49,380 nt of DNA from a virus (lineage: Duplodnaviria; Caudoviricetes), in the IMG/VR virus record IMGVR_UViG_3300005405_000040, positions 1 to 49,380 of that record; one strand, given 5' to 3'. Shown one piece after another: positions 26,511-36,987 of this stretch (position 1 is the stretch's first letter; every line of letters starts with the position of its first letter). Position numbers and translations under genes: made by a program. The notes beneath the pieces were generated by a model that was not told the DNA's origin, ran no database searches, and was given only the letters and a program-made list of their open reading frames with translations.

Positions 26511-27536
26511 TTATCCAAAAAGCCCGCCTATTAGGCCAATCGCCCCACCTATAGCAGCGCCAGCAGGACCCCCAACCGACGTCCCAGCGAATATTGCCGC
26601 TCCTGCTCCTGCTCCACTCAGCGCACCGCCCAATGCTGAGGTAAACTTATTATTTTTCACACCTTCATGAACCGTCCCACCTGCTGCACTAGCAAGCAGA
26701 TTGGCACCATATTTGAAAACCTCCAAATCCCAACGAGCGTCCTTCTCATCGATTTCAAGGTTTGCCTCTGACTCTTCTTTCTTAGCTATGATTTTTGTTT
26801 TCGTAAAATCCATCAAGCTAGTCACAACAGCCCGTTGAAATTCTATATTTGAAACCGCCATTCGATACGCCAAGTCTGAGTCACTTTGCAAAGCCTGCAA
26901 CTTTAGCTGTACTAGACTTAATGCAGTAGCCACAGCTTGTTGAGACTTATTCTGATAATTTTGCAACCTTAATGAACTCCCATACTTCGCAATATCTCTT
27001 GTCCTTCCGGCTTCAATTAACGAAGCCCCAATAACAAAAGCATTAGACTGCACTGCGTTAATGTCCTGCATCCCACGCCTAAATCTTGGCAATACCGTCT
27101 CTTCAATTTGAGCATCAAGTAGGTCTGCATAAGCCTCTATATCTGCGTTTACTTCTGTAGGAGAATAAAGGGTTTCAACCGCAGCCTTAGTCGCTATTAG
27201 TGTTGAGGTAAAGTCTGTAGTAGGAATAAGGTTCGTCTCAGTGCTTCCGATTATTTTCTTATCATAAGACATAAACTCATTATTTAAAACCATATTCGCC
27301 AAGGAAACAAAATGCCCTCCAACATCCGCTAGATCAGTGTCAGGATCATAAGCCAATGCAGTAGCAAAAGGACTTCCAGCTAAAGCTGTATTCATCACAT
27401 CTGTTATTGAAGCAGAGACTTCATCCTTACCACTTCCATCTTCTCCAGTATGCGCCAGCCAGTTAGCATGAATGACCTTAATATAAGTAGGATAATCTAC
27501 TTTTCCTGATGATCCTCCACCACCACTGCTCCCCAT
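26511..27536 (-). CDS. internal virion / pilot protein with C-terminal glycine zipper
   Basis: MGSSGGGG start; GGALSGAGAGAA...GAAIGGAIGLIGGLFG end. Confidence 0.65.
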   Translation of the reverse strand: MGSSGGGGSSGKVDYPTYIKVIHANWLAHTGEDGSGKDEVSASITDVMNTALAGSPFATALAYDPDTDLADVGGHFVSLANMVLNNEFMSYDKKIIGSTETNLIPTTDFTSTLIATKAAVETLYSPTEVNADIEAYADLLDAQIEETVLPRFRRGMQDINAVQSNAFVIGASLIEAGRTRDIAKYGSSLRLQNYQNKSQQAVATALSLVQLKLQALQSDSDLAYRMAVSNIEFQRAVVTSLMDFTKTKIIAKKEESEANLEIDEKDARWDLEVFKYGANLLASAAGGTVHEGVKNNKFTSALGGALSGAGAGAAIFAGTSVGGPAGAAIGGAIGLIGGLFG

Positions 27537-27538
27537 GG

Positions 27539-28003
27539 TTATTTCTCCTCTTCGCTAGGACTAATCTCCAAGACACCAAAAAGATGTGTGGTTAGGAAGC
27601 CAAATTTCTTAGCAATGTTACACAGCGCAGGCTGCTGAGTGTAAAAACTTATGCCTGTGCAATTTTCGGAAACAGCATACTTTTTTAGTTCCCTAAATCC
27701 CTCTTCCCAGTCCTGCTGTGTAACCGCATCCCAAGAATAGGCACTAAAAAGCACCAAGGTTCTAACCTGTGTAATTGCATCCGTTACTATCGTAGTAGTT
27801 ACCGCACAGAACGATTGAGGAGGATATTTTAAATTCCGTACCGCTAGCCATACTTGCATCTTACCAGCTAGAATTTGCATCAGGAGTGAGACTCTCAATC
27901 CTTTTACTTTTGTAACTCCTGGAGGAAGCGACGCTAGTATTGCTTGAGCAAAGAACTCCCAGTGTTCTGCAACCTTATCCGGCCGTACCTTCAGCAGGTG
28001 CAT
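27539..28003 (-). CDS. virion assembly protein, GNAT-like (P22 gp14/T7 gp13 position)
   Basis: Position after nozzle; GKMQVW...YAVSENCTGISF...KKFGF pattern. Confidence 0.5.
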   Translation of the reverse strand: MHLLKVRPDKVAEHWEFFAQAILASLPPGVTKVKGLRVSLLMQILAGKMQVWLAVRNLKYPPQSFCAVTTTIVTDAITQVRTLVLFSAYSWDAVTQQDWEEGFRELKKYAVSENCTGISFYTQQPALCNIAKKFGFLTTHLFGVLEISPSEEEK

Positions 28004-28496
28004 ATGCTCCCCTTATCATACGCTTGTCGTTTACTTGGTAGGTAATTGAGATTCCACTTTCTAAATCCATTGTAGCCGTAATAGGAACTCGCACTACTAC
28101 ACGAAACTCAACTCCTTCTACTATCGGTTCGCAAGTGCCTTCTGGATTTAAGGAAAAAAATCGACTCCTCTGAAAGTCAGAACTTGTCGTATTTCGCCAA
28201 TCTAGGGCTACTTGCACCGATTCATTACTGATAACACCTAGAGTGATTGTCCGAATAGTTTTTCTTCCACGTAGACTAAAGTCAAAAGGATTCGATACAA
28301 CAAATCGAAAGTCTCCTATATGTTTTGTTGAGCAGCCTACAAACTCTCCTTCAAATAATGCCCCTCCTGTAATACTTTCTTGGATATGTGCCAAGGCTTC
28401 TCTACAATAACTAAATCCATGATCGGATTTTGATATAAAGAAAAGGTCCCTTACTTCATTATATAAGATGGCTACTTCATTAGACAAGTCTGGCAT
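27975..28496 (-). CDS. probable C-terminal part of tail nozzle/stabilization protein
   Basis: beta-rich; SNPFDFSLRGRKTI...VEFRVVV resembles nozzle C-termini. Confidence 0.5.
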   Translation of the reverse strand: MPDLSNEVAILYNEVRDLFFISKSDHGFSYCREALAHIQESITGGALFEGEFVGCSTKHIGDFRFVVSNPFDFSLRGRKTIRTITLGVISNESVQVALDWRNTTSSDFQRSRFFSLNPEGTCEPIVEGVEFRVVVRVPITATMDLESGISITYQVNDKRMIRGAYAPAEGTAG

Positions 28497-28510
28497 TTTA
28501 TATTCCAGTT

Positions 28511-31072
28511 CTATGCGTCAGGACCACCATAGAAGGCACCATATAAATATCTGGCAGGACCCTCCTCATACTTTTTCATTTCCCAGGTATTGCCCCCATC
28601 CTCAGAGATGTGTATGGAACCTTTGTAGCAACCGCCGCCAGAAACGACAAATATGCCGTTATGATAAGATATGACATAATGATCGTTTTCAACCCCGGCA
28701 TCACAAGCCACACCCAGATGCCTAGTGTCGAGAGGATCCCACGCTTGTCCTGTTGTAGAAACAGTTATTACACTGGTGGGGTAGTTCACACAAATCACCA
28801 GTTCTTGCCCATCATACTGCCCCGTGACAGCATCGTAAGTACAAACATATGGATGGAGCGCGCCAGTAGACCAATTTATTCCATCTGAGGAGACAATAGT
28901 TTTTTGGGAAGCAAAGCAAAAACCTACTAATTGACCTCCTATCCTAGTTATAGCAGATATTCCATAAGGAGTAAGTTCGGTGAGTGGGTTATTTCGTTTG
29001 GTCCATGTGCTTCCATCAGGAGACGTGTATATGTAAGGGCCTACATATCCATATGCATACGTTCCGATAATCCACAATTGCGTAACAGAATCATAGTAAA
29101 GAGCCTGTAGGCCAATTTCGCTTCCATCTGGACAAGTCGTTACCGTCCAGTCCACAAGATTCTCCGACGTTGCTATCTGGCCACCATTAATTCGGCTTCC
29201 AACAGCCACAACCCTGGAACCACTGCTTTTTATTTTATAAACAGAAGGAGGAAAACTACAACGCTGAGTCCATGGAGCAAGCCCGGTCGGAGACGTGTAG
29301 ATATACCCGAAACCACCTCCAGACACGTACAGTCCATTGTGATACCCTATTGCATGCCGACATTCCGTAAACCACTGTTCCACTTTTGTCCAAGATATCC
29401 CATCAGGGGAATGAAAGAACTCAGCGCTTTCAACTCCAACGACTCCACCACCGGTGACCCAACCTAGTGCTGCGGTAATCTCTGCTTCGATCGAATCACT
29501 TCGTCCGCAAGAGTCAGTACAAGTAATGGTAATGAGACCAGGAATAAAATCCCCAGGAACTGTAACAAGTCCTGTAGTTTCGTTTATTGTTGCTGCAGTA
29601 TCGCCTGCTTCTACTGACCAGGAATAAGGAGCAAGCCCCGAAGTAGCAGAATACTGATAAGTGCCAATATTATGTAATATCGTTGGACCAGCGGCGATTG
29701 GAGCCGGAATCACAATACATCCAGTAAGTGTGATTTCAATCGAAACCTCTGAGCCCTCACAGATATCAGAGCAAGAAAGTGTTATAGTTTCTTCTGCTAC
29801 CGTATCTGCTACTGTGAGTAAACCTGTAGCACTATTAACAGTAACTCCATCTACAGGTGGAGTAATACTCCAAATATAAGGTTCAACCCCACCATTTGCT
29901 GTATACTGATAAGTTCCAGCTTCGTAAATATTGTAAACACCTGAGATGTATATGGGAATATGGTCTGCACAAGGATCAATAATTGTAAATACTACTGAGA
30001 CCTCTTGCAAGGACCCATCACATACATCATAGCAACCAACATTAAAGGTACCACTAACTGCTTCTTCTGTTATTATTAAGTCTCCAGTCGAAGGAACAAT
30101 TGAAACGCCTACAGTTGCTGGCGATAAGGTCCAAGTATAAGGCGGCACACCTCCGGTTGCTGTGAAATTATATGTACCTACTTCAGTAATCAAAGATTGG
30201 CCAGAAATAACAATCGGAGTATAATCTAAACAAGGCTCTAATGGTGAAGCTGGAACACTAAAAAACTCCTTATAAAATGGAGGACCTATTCCAGCAGGAG
30301 TATGAACACGAAATTGGCCAAATTCATCAATAAAAATGTGTTTTCTAATCCCACCTCCTACCGCACCTTTTGACAAAATCCCATATCGAGCAAGCTCCTC
30401 AAGAGCATAAGTTGAAATAGGTACACTAACCGAAACCAAGCTATAAATGGAATTACTTGTGTAAACAATTACTTTATTTCCCAACTGCCGAACCGCTAAG
30501 ATATCACAATCTGAAGGAAGTACCATCCCCCCAGCTTCATTACTATGATCTTGTGTGAAGTTAAAGCTGCCTATTGCACTCCAACGAAGCCAGTTAGTTC
30601 CTTCGATAGTGTTTCCTATAATGACCTGCCCATTATAATTACACATGGTTAAGCATAATGGAAAGACGACGGTCGAGGCGATTGAAAATACACCCGTACT
30701 TACGTCCCGAAGAAGACCAACACTACCATTAGTAAAAGCAACAAAGGATTGAAAGTCTACGGCATCCCAAGTGTAGCCTTCTGCAACAGGACCAATTTCA
30801 AGTGTTAGGCTCCAATCTATTCCTACTGAATAAAGAGCCGTTCTAGTAGCCAAATAAGTCGCATCAGTGAACTTAAACAATTGTGGGAAAGGCCAGTCAA
30901 CAATAGCAACTGGGTTGGAGAATAACCTTTGAATACCTTCAAAGGCTTCTAACCCATAATCACCTCCTACTAAGCCATAGGAGTCAACCAAACCCGGCTG
31001 ATTAAGCTGATTCTTATCATGCTTTCTAAGCCCTGTTTGAAACAGGGCTAGTTTTGTGCTAAAGCTCCGCAT
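28511..31072 (-). CDS. tail nozzle-like N-terminus fused to three Ig-like repeats and an Asp-box beta-propeller
   Basis: LRWSAIG...AVRQLGNKVIVY; three (A/T)GGxxPYxW repeats; SxDGxxW repeats. Confidence 0.65.
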   Translation of the reverse strand: MRSFSTKLALFQTGLRKHDKNQLNQPGLVDSYGLVGGDYGLEAFEGIQRLFSNPVAIVDWPFPQLFKFTDATYLATRTALYSVGIDWSLTLEIGPVAEGYTWDAVDFQSFVAFTNGSVGLLRDVSTGVFSIASTVVFPLCLTMCNYNGQVIIGNTIEGTNWLRWSAIGSFNFTQDHSNEAGGMVLPSDCDILAVRQLGNKVIVYTSNSIYSLVSVSVPISTYALEELARYGILSKGAVGGGIRKHIFIDEFGQFRVHTPAGIGPPFYKEFFSVPASPLEPCLDYTPIVISGQSLITEVGTYNFTATGGVPPYTWTLSPATVGVSIVPSTGDLIITEEAVSGTFNVGCYDVCDGSLQEVSVVFTIIDPCADHIPIYISGVYNIYEAGTYQYTANGGVEPYIWSITPPVDGVTVNSATGLLTVADTVAEETITLSCSDICEGSEVSIEITLTGCIVIPAPIAAGPTILHNIGTYQYSATSGLAPYSWSVEAGDTAATINETTGLVTVPGDFIPGLITITCTDSCGRSDSIEAEITAALGWVTGGGVVGVESAEFFHSPDGISWTKVEQWFTECRHAIGYHNGLYVSGGGFGYIYTSPTGLAPWTQRCSFPPSVYKIKSSGSRVVAVGSRINGGQIATSENLVDWTVTTCPDGSEIGLQALYYDSVTQLWIIGTYAYGYVGPYIYTSPDGSTWTKRNNPLTELTPYGISAITRIGGQLVGFCFASQKTIVSSDGINWSTGALHPYVCTYDAVTGQYDGQELVICVNYPTSVITVSTTGQAWDPLDTRHLGVACDAGVENDHYVISYHNGIFVVSGGGCYKGSIHISEDGGNTWEMKKYEEGPARYLYGAFYGGPDA

Positions 31073-31529
31073 TTTCAGACTCCAATAAAGCGGCTCGAAG
31101 AACTTGGTGTTTTTGTCCTATTTCAAGGTCAGGAATAAACAGGGCTGCAAGCTCAATATTAATTCTGTTAGCGCTAGGAGACCTAATCAACAATCGACTA
31201 CCTTCTTTAATAGGAAGATTAACATCTACAACAAGCCGGTCTTTGGTTACTACCACGTCTACAAATTGTCCAGCTGTTTCATTTATTAGTTCTGCTTTAA
31301 GTTCAAACGGAGGATCTTCTTTAGACTTAGGACAAAAAACAAAGATCTTAGTAATAGTTCCAGCAACCGCAAACATATAACGAAGAACTATACCATCTGC
31401 GGGAACGGAAGAACAAAAAGAATAAATTGAATTAGCTGGAGCAAAGCCTACTACATGCTTTGGTTGTCTTCGTTCGATTCGAGCTAAGAGAATCTCTAAA
31501 TCCTTAACCGTAGTCTTTCGCGTTTTCAT
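31059..31529 (-). CDS. virion-associated hypothetical protein
   Basis: Position in tail module. Confidence 0.55.
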   Translation of the reverse strand: MKTRKTTVKDLEILLARIERRQPKHVVGFAPANSIYSFCSSVPADGIVLRYMFAVAGTITKIFVFCPKSKEDPPFELKAELINETAGQFVDVVVTKDRLVVDVNLPIKEGSRLLIRSPSANRINIELAALFIPDLEIGQKHQVLRAALLESENAEL

Positions 31530-31530
31530 C

Positions 31531-32274
31531 TTAGCCCTCCATTATTATTACGTCTGTGCCACCTTCGTCTGCGCTGTCTTTATCTAAATCTGCTAATTGT
31601 TCCTTAACAGCGTACTCCCAGTCTTTTACTCCTTCAGTATTACGATGAAAAACCTCTATCATTCTAAGCGCAGACATAAGAAGAGCCTCCGGTGCTCGAA
31701 CACTCCAGTAGGACTCCTGTGTTTCAGAGAGTAATTGGGGAGAATAAAAATGCCCCCAAACCTCAACTACATATTCTTTGTCCGTAGGAGGCATAAAAAT
31801 AACACCATCATAGATCTGCCCCTCCGATTGCATCGGAGTAACATCTGCAAAGCCTAAGTAAGTTTGAATGTCTGCGATGGTTGGATTGTGTGGAAAAATG
31901 CGAAGAAAAGCGGGATGATAATAAAGAGGAGTTCCAGAAGTAAGCACATCAGGCAAGCCGTCATACTCTTCTCGAATCCAAGTGGGGGACTTTTTTTCAA
32001 GAAGTGTTCGGGTTCCTTCTTCAGTCTCCTGCACCCAAACTTGAAGAATCACACGACACCACTCAAAAACAACCCCAATTGCACCGGCTTCAACCTTCTT
32101 AAAGCTTCTCCGAACTGAATACTTATCATCGAGCTTTCGGTCAAGCCAACGCTGACCAGCATTCAAAAAGAAATCGGCACCATTATCAGCCCAAGAAGTA
32201 GTATCGGTTACTAGGTCATATTTCCCACTCAGCTCAACTAACTTTCTTCTAAGCTCAAGGAGAGTCATTTGCAC
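31531..32274 (-). CDS. head-tail adaptor / tail tubular protein
   Basis: MTLLELR, FLNAGQRWLDR, GTPLYY, PPTDKEYVVEV, PEALL; directly after capsid gene. Confidence 0.7.
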   Translation of the reverse strand: MQMTLLELRRKLVELSGKYDLVTDTTSWADNGADFFLNAGQRWLDRKLDDKYSVRRSFKKVEAGAIGVVFEWCRVILQVWVQETEEGTRTLLEKKSPTWIREEYDGLPDVLTSGTPLYYHPAFLRIFPHNPTIADIQTYLGFADVTPMQSEGQIYDGVIFMPPTDKEYVVEVWGHFYSPQLLSETQESYWSVRAPEALLMSALRMIEVFHRNTEGVKDWEYAVKEQLADLDKDSADEGGTDVIIMEG

Positions 32275-32353
32275 TCCTAGTTACACTTGAAGTAGGCTTG
32301 TTCAATTTTCAAACGAGCCTACTTCAAGCGGTCTGTTCAATTCTCAAACAAGC

Positions 32354-33643
32354 CTATGAGTTTTCACCAAATCCCCACAGGGCCATCATGGTGTCAACAT
32401 GGTTGACTTCAAGTCCACACTCGGTCAGGTAACCCTCTTTAATTCCATCAAGAGCCACCCAAGTTCCCTCCTTCAGTCGATCATCTTTCTGAAAGAAGGT
32501 ATCATCAATGTAACGGTAGCGGATGTACTCAGGACAAAACAGGAACATCGAGCCACGATTTGAAGGCTCGTGCGAAAAGAGCGGATGAACGAACATGTCG
32601 ATCGTACCAAAGGGTGTAATCCACTCCATGATGTTAATACCATAGGCGAGAGTTTTCGGCGTGAACTGAAATTCCCCTCGATCTTTTACGAGCTTATTGA
32701 TGGCCTTAATCGTAGCAGTGCCACAATAAGCCGTGCGCTGCTTCGGACCATAGCGGAAGCAAACTTCGAGCCACTTGTCAAGCCATTCCTCACCTCCCTG
32801 AAGCCAGGTTTGCCCATCAAAGTCCGCATCAGTAACGAAAGAGGACTTGTTTGCGGCGGGAATGAAAGAATAAAGTCCTCCAGTTGTCCGCTCGGGCTGC
32901 CCATTCGCACCAGTGCCATCCGTCATCACGGACCAGAGGAAGGCTTTTTCCAATTCAAGCCCATGAAGTTCCAGGCAATCTCGCTTCGCCTCCTGATACG
33001 CGGTCGTGCCATAGCGAACCTTCGTCCTCATCCGAGTACGGGTCAGGGAAAGCGAGGTACGAAAAATCTGCGTGAGGTTGTAATGCTTCGTCGGATCATA
33101 GCTGACCGAGTCTGGCATCTCGCTACCCTCAGGATTGATATTACCAATTACGACCACGCGGTCACAATCGCTAAGGTCGCCGAGGCTGGAATTATCATCC
33201 GCTTCGAGAAGCTTCACGGTAAGGTAGGTGGTTGTGGTCGAACCTTTTTGTACTCCGATGACCTTTGCGTTGACATCAACAGTAAGGTCACTCTCATCTC
33301 GGAGAAGGACCTGATGTCCAACTCGAAACTGAGATGCGCCGGAGTCTGCCTCAGTACAGGTTAGGTAAAGAACATCTCCTGCAACAGCGCCAGAAGCATA
33401 AGCAGAACTACGAGCAGCATTGGTGTGTCGAGCTGTAACAGTTGCAGCCTGAGAAGGCAAGCCCTTATCGAACCAATAAAACTGCGGGTCATCAACCGAT
33501 TCGCTCGGCATCAAGGCGGTGAGTGCGGTGAGGGAGACCGAACCATTCGGATAGAGACGAAGAATTTTCTCGCGCCAACTTTTCGGACGGAAATCCGAAT
33601 CAGCATGAGAAGCACTGGAACGCATGTTCAAGAAAGCCTGCAT
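32354..33643 (-). CDS. major capsid protein (SU10/DUF5309-like)
   Basis: YNLTQIFRTS, LELEKAFL, RTTGGL, ITPFGTI, ECGLEV; downstream of scaffold gene. Confidence 0.85.
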   Translation of the reverse strand: MQAFLNMRSSASHADSDFRPKSWREKILRLYPNGSVSLTALTALMPSESVDDPQFYWFDKGLPSQAATVTARHTNAARSSAYASGAVAGDVLYLTCTEADSGASQFRVGHQVLLRDESDLTVDVNAKVIGVQKGSTTTTYLTVKLLEADDNSSLGDLSDCDRVVVIGNINPEGSEMPDSVSYDPTKHYNLTQIFRTSLSLTRTRMRTKVRYGTTAYQEAKRDCLELHGLELEKAFLWSVMTDGTGANGQPERTTGGLYSFIPAANKSSFVTDADFDGQTWLQGGEEWLDKWLEVCFRYGPKQRTAYCGTATIKAINKLVKDRGEFQFTPKTLAYGINIMEWITPFGTIDMFVHPLFSHEPSNRGSMFLFCPEYIRYRYIDDTFFQKDDRLKEGTWVALDGIKEGYLTECGLEVNHVDTMMALWGFGENS

Positions 33644-33661
33644 TGTTGTTCTCCTTAGAAA

Positions 33662-35269
33662 TTAGGACTGCTCGTAAATCTCATGGACATCAGTGGCAAG
33701 GGTGGTGTAGACACCTACCTTCGTACTAGCAATTGTTCCTCCAGTCTGACCCGTTACTTTGAAAGTAAGCACCTGCCCACTTCCGTTACTAATAGTATAA
33801 ATCTTTCCGGGAGTCGCAGCCGGCAAAATAGCATTAACCCCACCATTCGCATTCGTAACACTGATATAGCTACAGGCTGCCTCAGCAGCGGTCAACGTCC
33901 AGTCGGCCGCACCAGCTGCATAATCATGTGAGGCGGTGCAATTCATGTCAACTGTCCCAGTAGTATCGGGAATTGTCCAAGTCCGATCTGCGAGAAGCTC
34001 GGCACTTGTAATGGTCCCCTTAAAAGTACCAGCTCCTCCTGTGGCAGGCTTTAGCGCAAGCGTATCAGCATTTGCGGTGTTGGTTGCAATTCCTATTTCA
34101 CCGTCCGTCGAATTACCAATAGTCTCGCTATTAGCTAGGGTCATTACACCTAGTCCAGAAACCTTAAACTGAGAGGCATAGAAATAGTTAGTAAAGCCTC
34201 CTCCTCCATCTACAACACGAATTACATCATCTACGGCGTCATCAGCATCAGCATTCGTTATAGCAATTGCTGCATCGAGACCTTCAGTTGAAGCCTCATT
34301 AGTCAGACTCAAACCAAACTGGGTCGTAACTGCGGAGGTCGTATCTGCGGCAGTTACACTCAAAGCAACGGCATTCTCGGCAGTATGATCTGTAAGTGTT
34401 CGAGTAATTGTGATCGTCTCTGCTGCGGTTCCAGTGATTGCAATAGTTGAGTTTGCTGTAATAGAGCCATCAAAAGTAGCAGCTCCGTCTACTTCAAAAG
34501 TTCCCTCAATATAGGCATCCTCACCATTCTGAGTGACATCAGGGGTACCATTCCCAACCATAAGGTTGCCGGTAGTAACACCAAATCCATCTCCAGCAAC
34601 AGTAGTGATGGTTAGAAAGCCGGCGTCAGCTTTCGAAAAAATAGCTGTCTCGTCCGTAGCATCAGTAAACGTAAGGGAAGGAGAAGCACCAGAACCATCA
34701 TCAAGGGTAACATTTCCAGCGCCAGTAAGCGTCCCATCAAACGTAACCGCACCATCAACTTCTAAGGTTCCTTCAATATAAGCATCTTCTCCATTTTGTG
34801 TGACGCCAGGAGTTCCGTTGCCTACTTTAAGATTACCTGTTAGAAGATTGAAACCATCTCCGGCTACGGTGGTTAGGCTTATAAATCCCGCATCAGCCTT
34901 AGAGAATACTGCGGTTTCATCAGTTGCGTCAGTGAAGGTTAGTGAAGGAGAAGCCCCACTGCCATCATCTAGTGTTAGGCCTCCTGCTAGAGAAAACGTA
35001 GAACTGAAGACCACAGCACCATCGAAGCGAGAAGCACCATCAACCTCAAAGGTGCCTTCAACGTAACAATCTTCGCCATTCATTGTCACAGTCGGTGTGC
35101 CATTCCCAACTTTCCAATTTCTGGGATTTGTTACGGTAAGCGTATTTCCGCTTACGTCAATGCCCGCTTTTGCAAAATCCCCCAAGTAGGAGGCCCAGGC
35201 GGAACAAGGAAAGGTACCGAGCAGTAGGAGCATGAAAAGAACCAAATAAGCGCCAAGCTTTTTTCGCAT
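33662..35269 (-). CDS. repetitive beta-rich fibre-like protein with N-terminal signal peptide
   Basis: Likely start MRKKLGAYLVLFMLLLLGTFPCSAWA; three GNGTPxVTxNGEDxYxEGTxEVDG repeats. Confidence 0.65.
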   Translation of the reverse strand: MRKKLGAYLVLFMLLLLGTFPCSAWASYLGDFAKAGIDVSGNTLTVTNPRNWKVGNGTPTVTMNGEDCYVEGTFEVDGASRFDGAVVFSSTFSLAGGLTLDDGSGASPSLTFTDATDETAVFSKADAGFISLTTVAGDGFNLLTGNLKVGNGTPGVTQNGEDAYIEGTLEVDGAVTFDGTLTGAGNVTLDDGSGASPSLTFTDATDETAIFSKADAGFLTITTVAGDGFGVTTGNLMVGNGTPDVTQNGEDAYIEGTFEVDGAATFDGSITANSTIAITGTAAETITITRTLTDHTAENAVALSVTAADTTSAVTTQFGLSLTNEASTEGLDAAIAITNADADDAVDDVIRVVDGGGGFTNYFYASQFKVSGLGVMTLANSETIGNSTDGEIGIATNTANADTLALKPATGGAGTFKGTITSAELLADRTWTIPDTTGTVDMNCTASHDYAAGAADWTLTAAEAACSYISVTNANGGVNAILPAATPGKIYTISNGSGQVLTFKVTGQTGGTIASTKVGVYTTLATDVHEIYEQS

Positions 35270-35336
35270 CTCTTTTCCCTTCTCTTTTATTCTTAGGCTC
35301 GTTTGAGAATTGAACAAGCCTAAGTTGTTCTTCCTT

Positions 35337-35693
35337 TTACGTTGTATAATCAGGCGAAATGATCGTCCATCTCTTTCCGTCACTCTGTAGAACCACGCGA
35401 TCAAGTGCCGCGGTCAGTGCGCCGGGAGCGTTCCAGTCCAAAGACTCATTTGAGGAGTATTCTGTAATGGTAATGTCATTCGTACCGAGTAGCTCGGTAA
35501 TAGAAAAAACCATCCCCTTGCACTCAGCAACAGGCGGCATTTTGATTGTTCCAATTCCGGCGGTCGAAACGACCTCAACAATTCGTTCCCACGGACGAAG
35601 TTGATATGAGTAGGACCCAGTGGCATCAGTCGTAATTGTTACCTTTTCCTCGATCCCGTTTCCATAATGCTGAATAAACCCGCGTTCTCGCAT
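35337..35693 (-). CDS. capsid decoration / fibre-like small protein
   Basis: TIKMPPVA..GMVFSI...LQSDGKRW pattern; head module. Confidence 0.5.
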   Translation of the reverse strand: MRERGFIQHYGNGIEEKVTITTDATGSYSYQLRPWERIVEVVSTAGIGTIKMPPVAECKGMVFSITELLGTNDITITEYSSNESLDWNAPGALTAALDRVVLQSDGKRWTIISPDYTT

Positions 35694-35712
35694 TTGTTAC
35701 TCCTTACCTAAA

Positions 35713-36522
35713 TTAGAAAGAATCTGGCATGTTTGCGATATCCTGCTCCAACGCACTCAAGGTTCTCCCAACCGAACTTCTCCTCTGTGAAACCCGCCCT
35801 CCTCCAGGCAAGGCTGGCTTAGGTTGAGACGCACGACTCGCTCGAACCAAAGATGGCAAGCGGCTCTTAGCAAGCCTTGCTGTTTCTTCCAGAACCTTCT
35901 CCCGTGGCCAATCTACATGAGAGGCTTCTACCTGCCTTGCACAATAACTTACGAAATCCTTGTAAGGGACAAGTTCAGGATTCGCCTGATAAAACTTAGA
36001 AACCATTTCAGCATGGTCGATTACTTGTATTGCTACTTGTCGGGAAACCTTTGGCAATTGTAGCAGGGCTGCTTCGGTAGCTCGTTGTTCAACCTTAGTC
36101 AAAAGCTCTAAGAACTTTTCGGGGCTGTTAAAGGCTTCTTCCATCTCCTGCACAGTTGCTACAGCAGGACGATGAATCGGAGTTGCAACAGTTGTAGGCT
36201 GGGAGGCTTCTAAAGACGTACTAGCCTCAGACTGTTTTATTGTTGCCTCACGAGCAAGGTCGTTAATGAAGGAGAAATCATAATCAGACGGTTCGTCGCT
36301 CGAAGCCTCAGACACATTAGGTAGAGAAGCTTCTACTACTTCTGTGGTGGTCTCCACCGCAGGTGCTGCTTCTTCTATGGCTGGGCTTATCTCATCGCCT
36401 ATTGACGATTCAGATTCTCCTACTTCGTCCTCCTTTGTGTAAATTTGGTCCATTTCCTGTATTTCACTTTCCATATCTGATGCTCTTTTCTTCCGCAATT
36501 CTTCCCGCTCTTCCGGCGTCAT
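35713..36522 (-). CDS. head scaffolding protein
   Basis: Acidic disordered N-terminus; FYQANPEL; between portal and capsid genes. Confidence 0.7.
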   Translation of the reverse strand: MTPEEREELRKKRASDMESEIQEMDQIYTKEDEVGESESSIGDEISPAIEEAAPAVETTTEVVEASLPNVSEASSDEPSDYDFSFINDLAREATIKQSEASTSLEASQPTTVATPIHRPAVATVQEMEEAFNSPEKFLELLTKVEQRATEAALLQLPKVSRQVAIQVIDHAEMVSKFYQANPELVPYKDFVSYCARQVEASHVDWPREKVLEETARLAKSRLPSLVRASRASQPKPALPGGGRVSQRRSSVGRTLSALEQDIANMPDSF

Positions 36523-36537
36523 ACTACCTCCTTTGGC

Positions 36538-36987
36538 TTAAGCCCTATAAGAACGCATAACTTCTATCCAAATACCATCCACAGAACTATCTGGGTCGCC
36601 TCCTTCATTGAGTAATATGATAAAATCCTTAGCAGTCATTAGGTAATCTTGATCTCCCCCAAGGTCCAACTTAGTCGCATCGTATTTAAGGGTAATATTA
36701 CTTGTCACAGCTTTTACGACAACATACTGGCCTTCAGTGCCTCCTGTCAATTGCTCAATATCAACCGCAACAGAGGCGCTCGCGACAAGGGTATGAAGAA
36801 GTCCAGCCCCGGAAAGCTCTATTTCTGTGGCTCCGGCCGAAATAGCAATCGTCTGGTAAGTAGCACCACCTCCTACAGCGGCTATTGCAGACCAGAGTAA
36901 ATTCACCTCACTTCGAGTTTCTCGAAGAATCGAAGGAAGGTCTGCTCCGAGCGTACTACTGGTTGGTATCGTCGCATCTACGGTCAT
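36538..36987 (-). CDS. virion-associated hypothetical protein
   Basis: GGTEGQYVVV...WIEVMRS fibre-tip-like motif. Confidence 0.5.
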   Translation of the reverse strand: MTVDATIPTSSTLGADLPSILRETRSEVNLLWSAIAAVGGGATYQTIAISAGATEIELSGAGLLHTLVASASVAVDIEQLTGGTEGQYVVVKAVTSNITLKYDATKLDLGGDQDYLMTAKDFIILLNEGGDPDSSVDGIWIEVMRSYRA

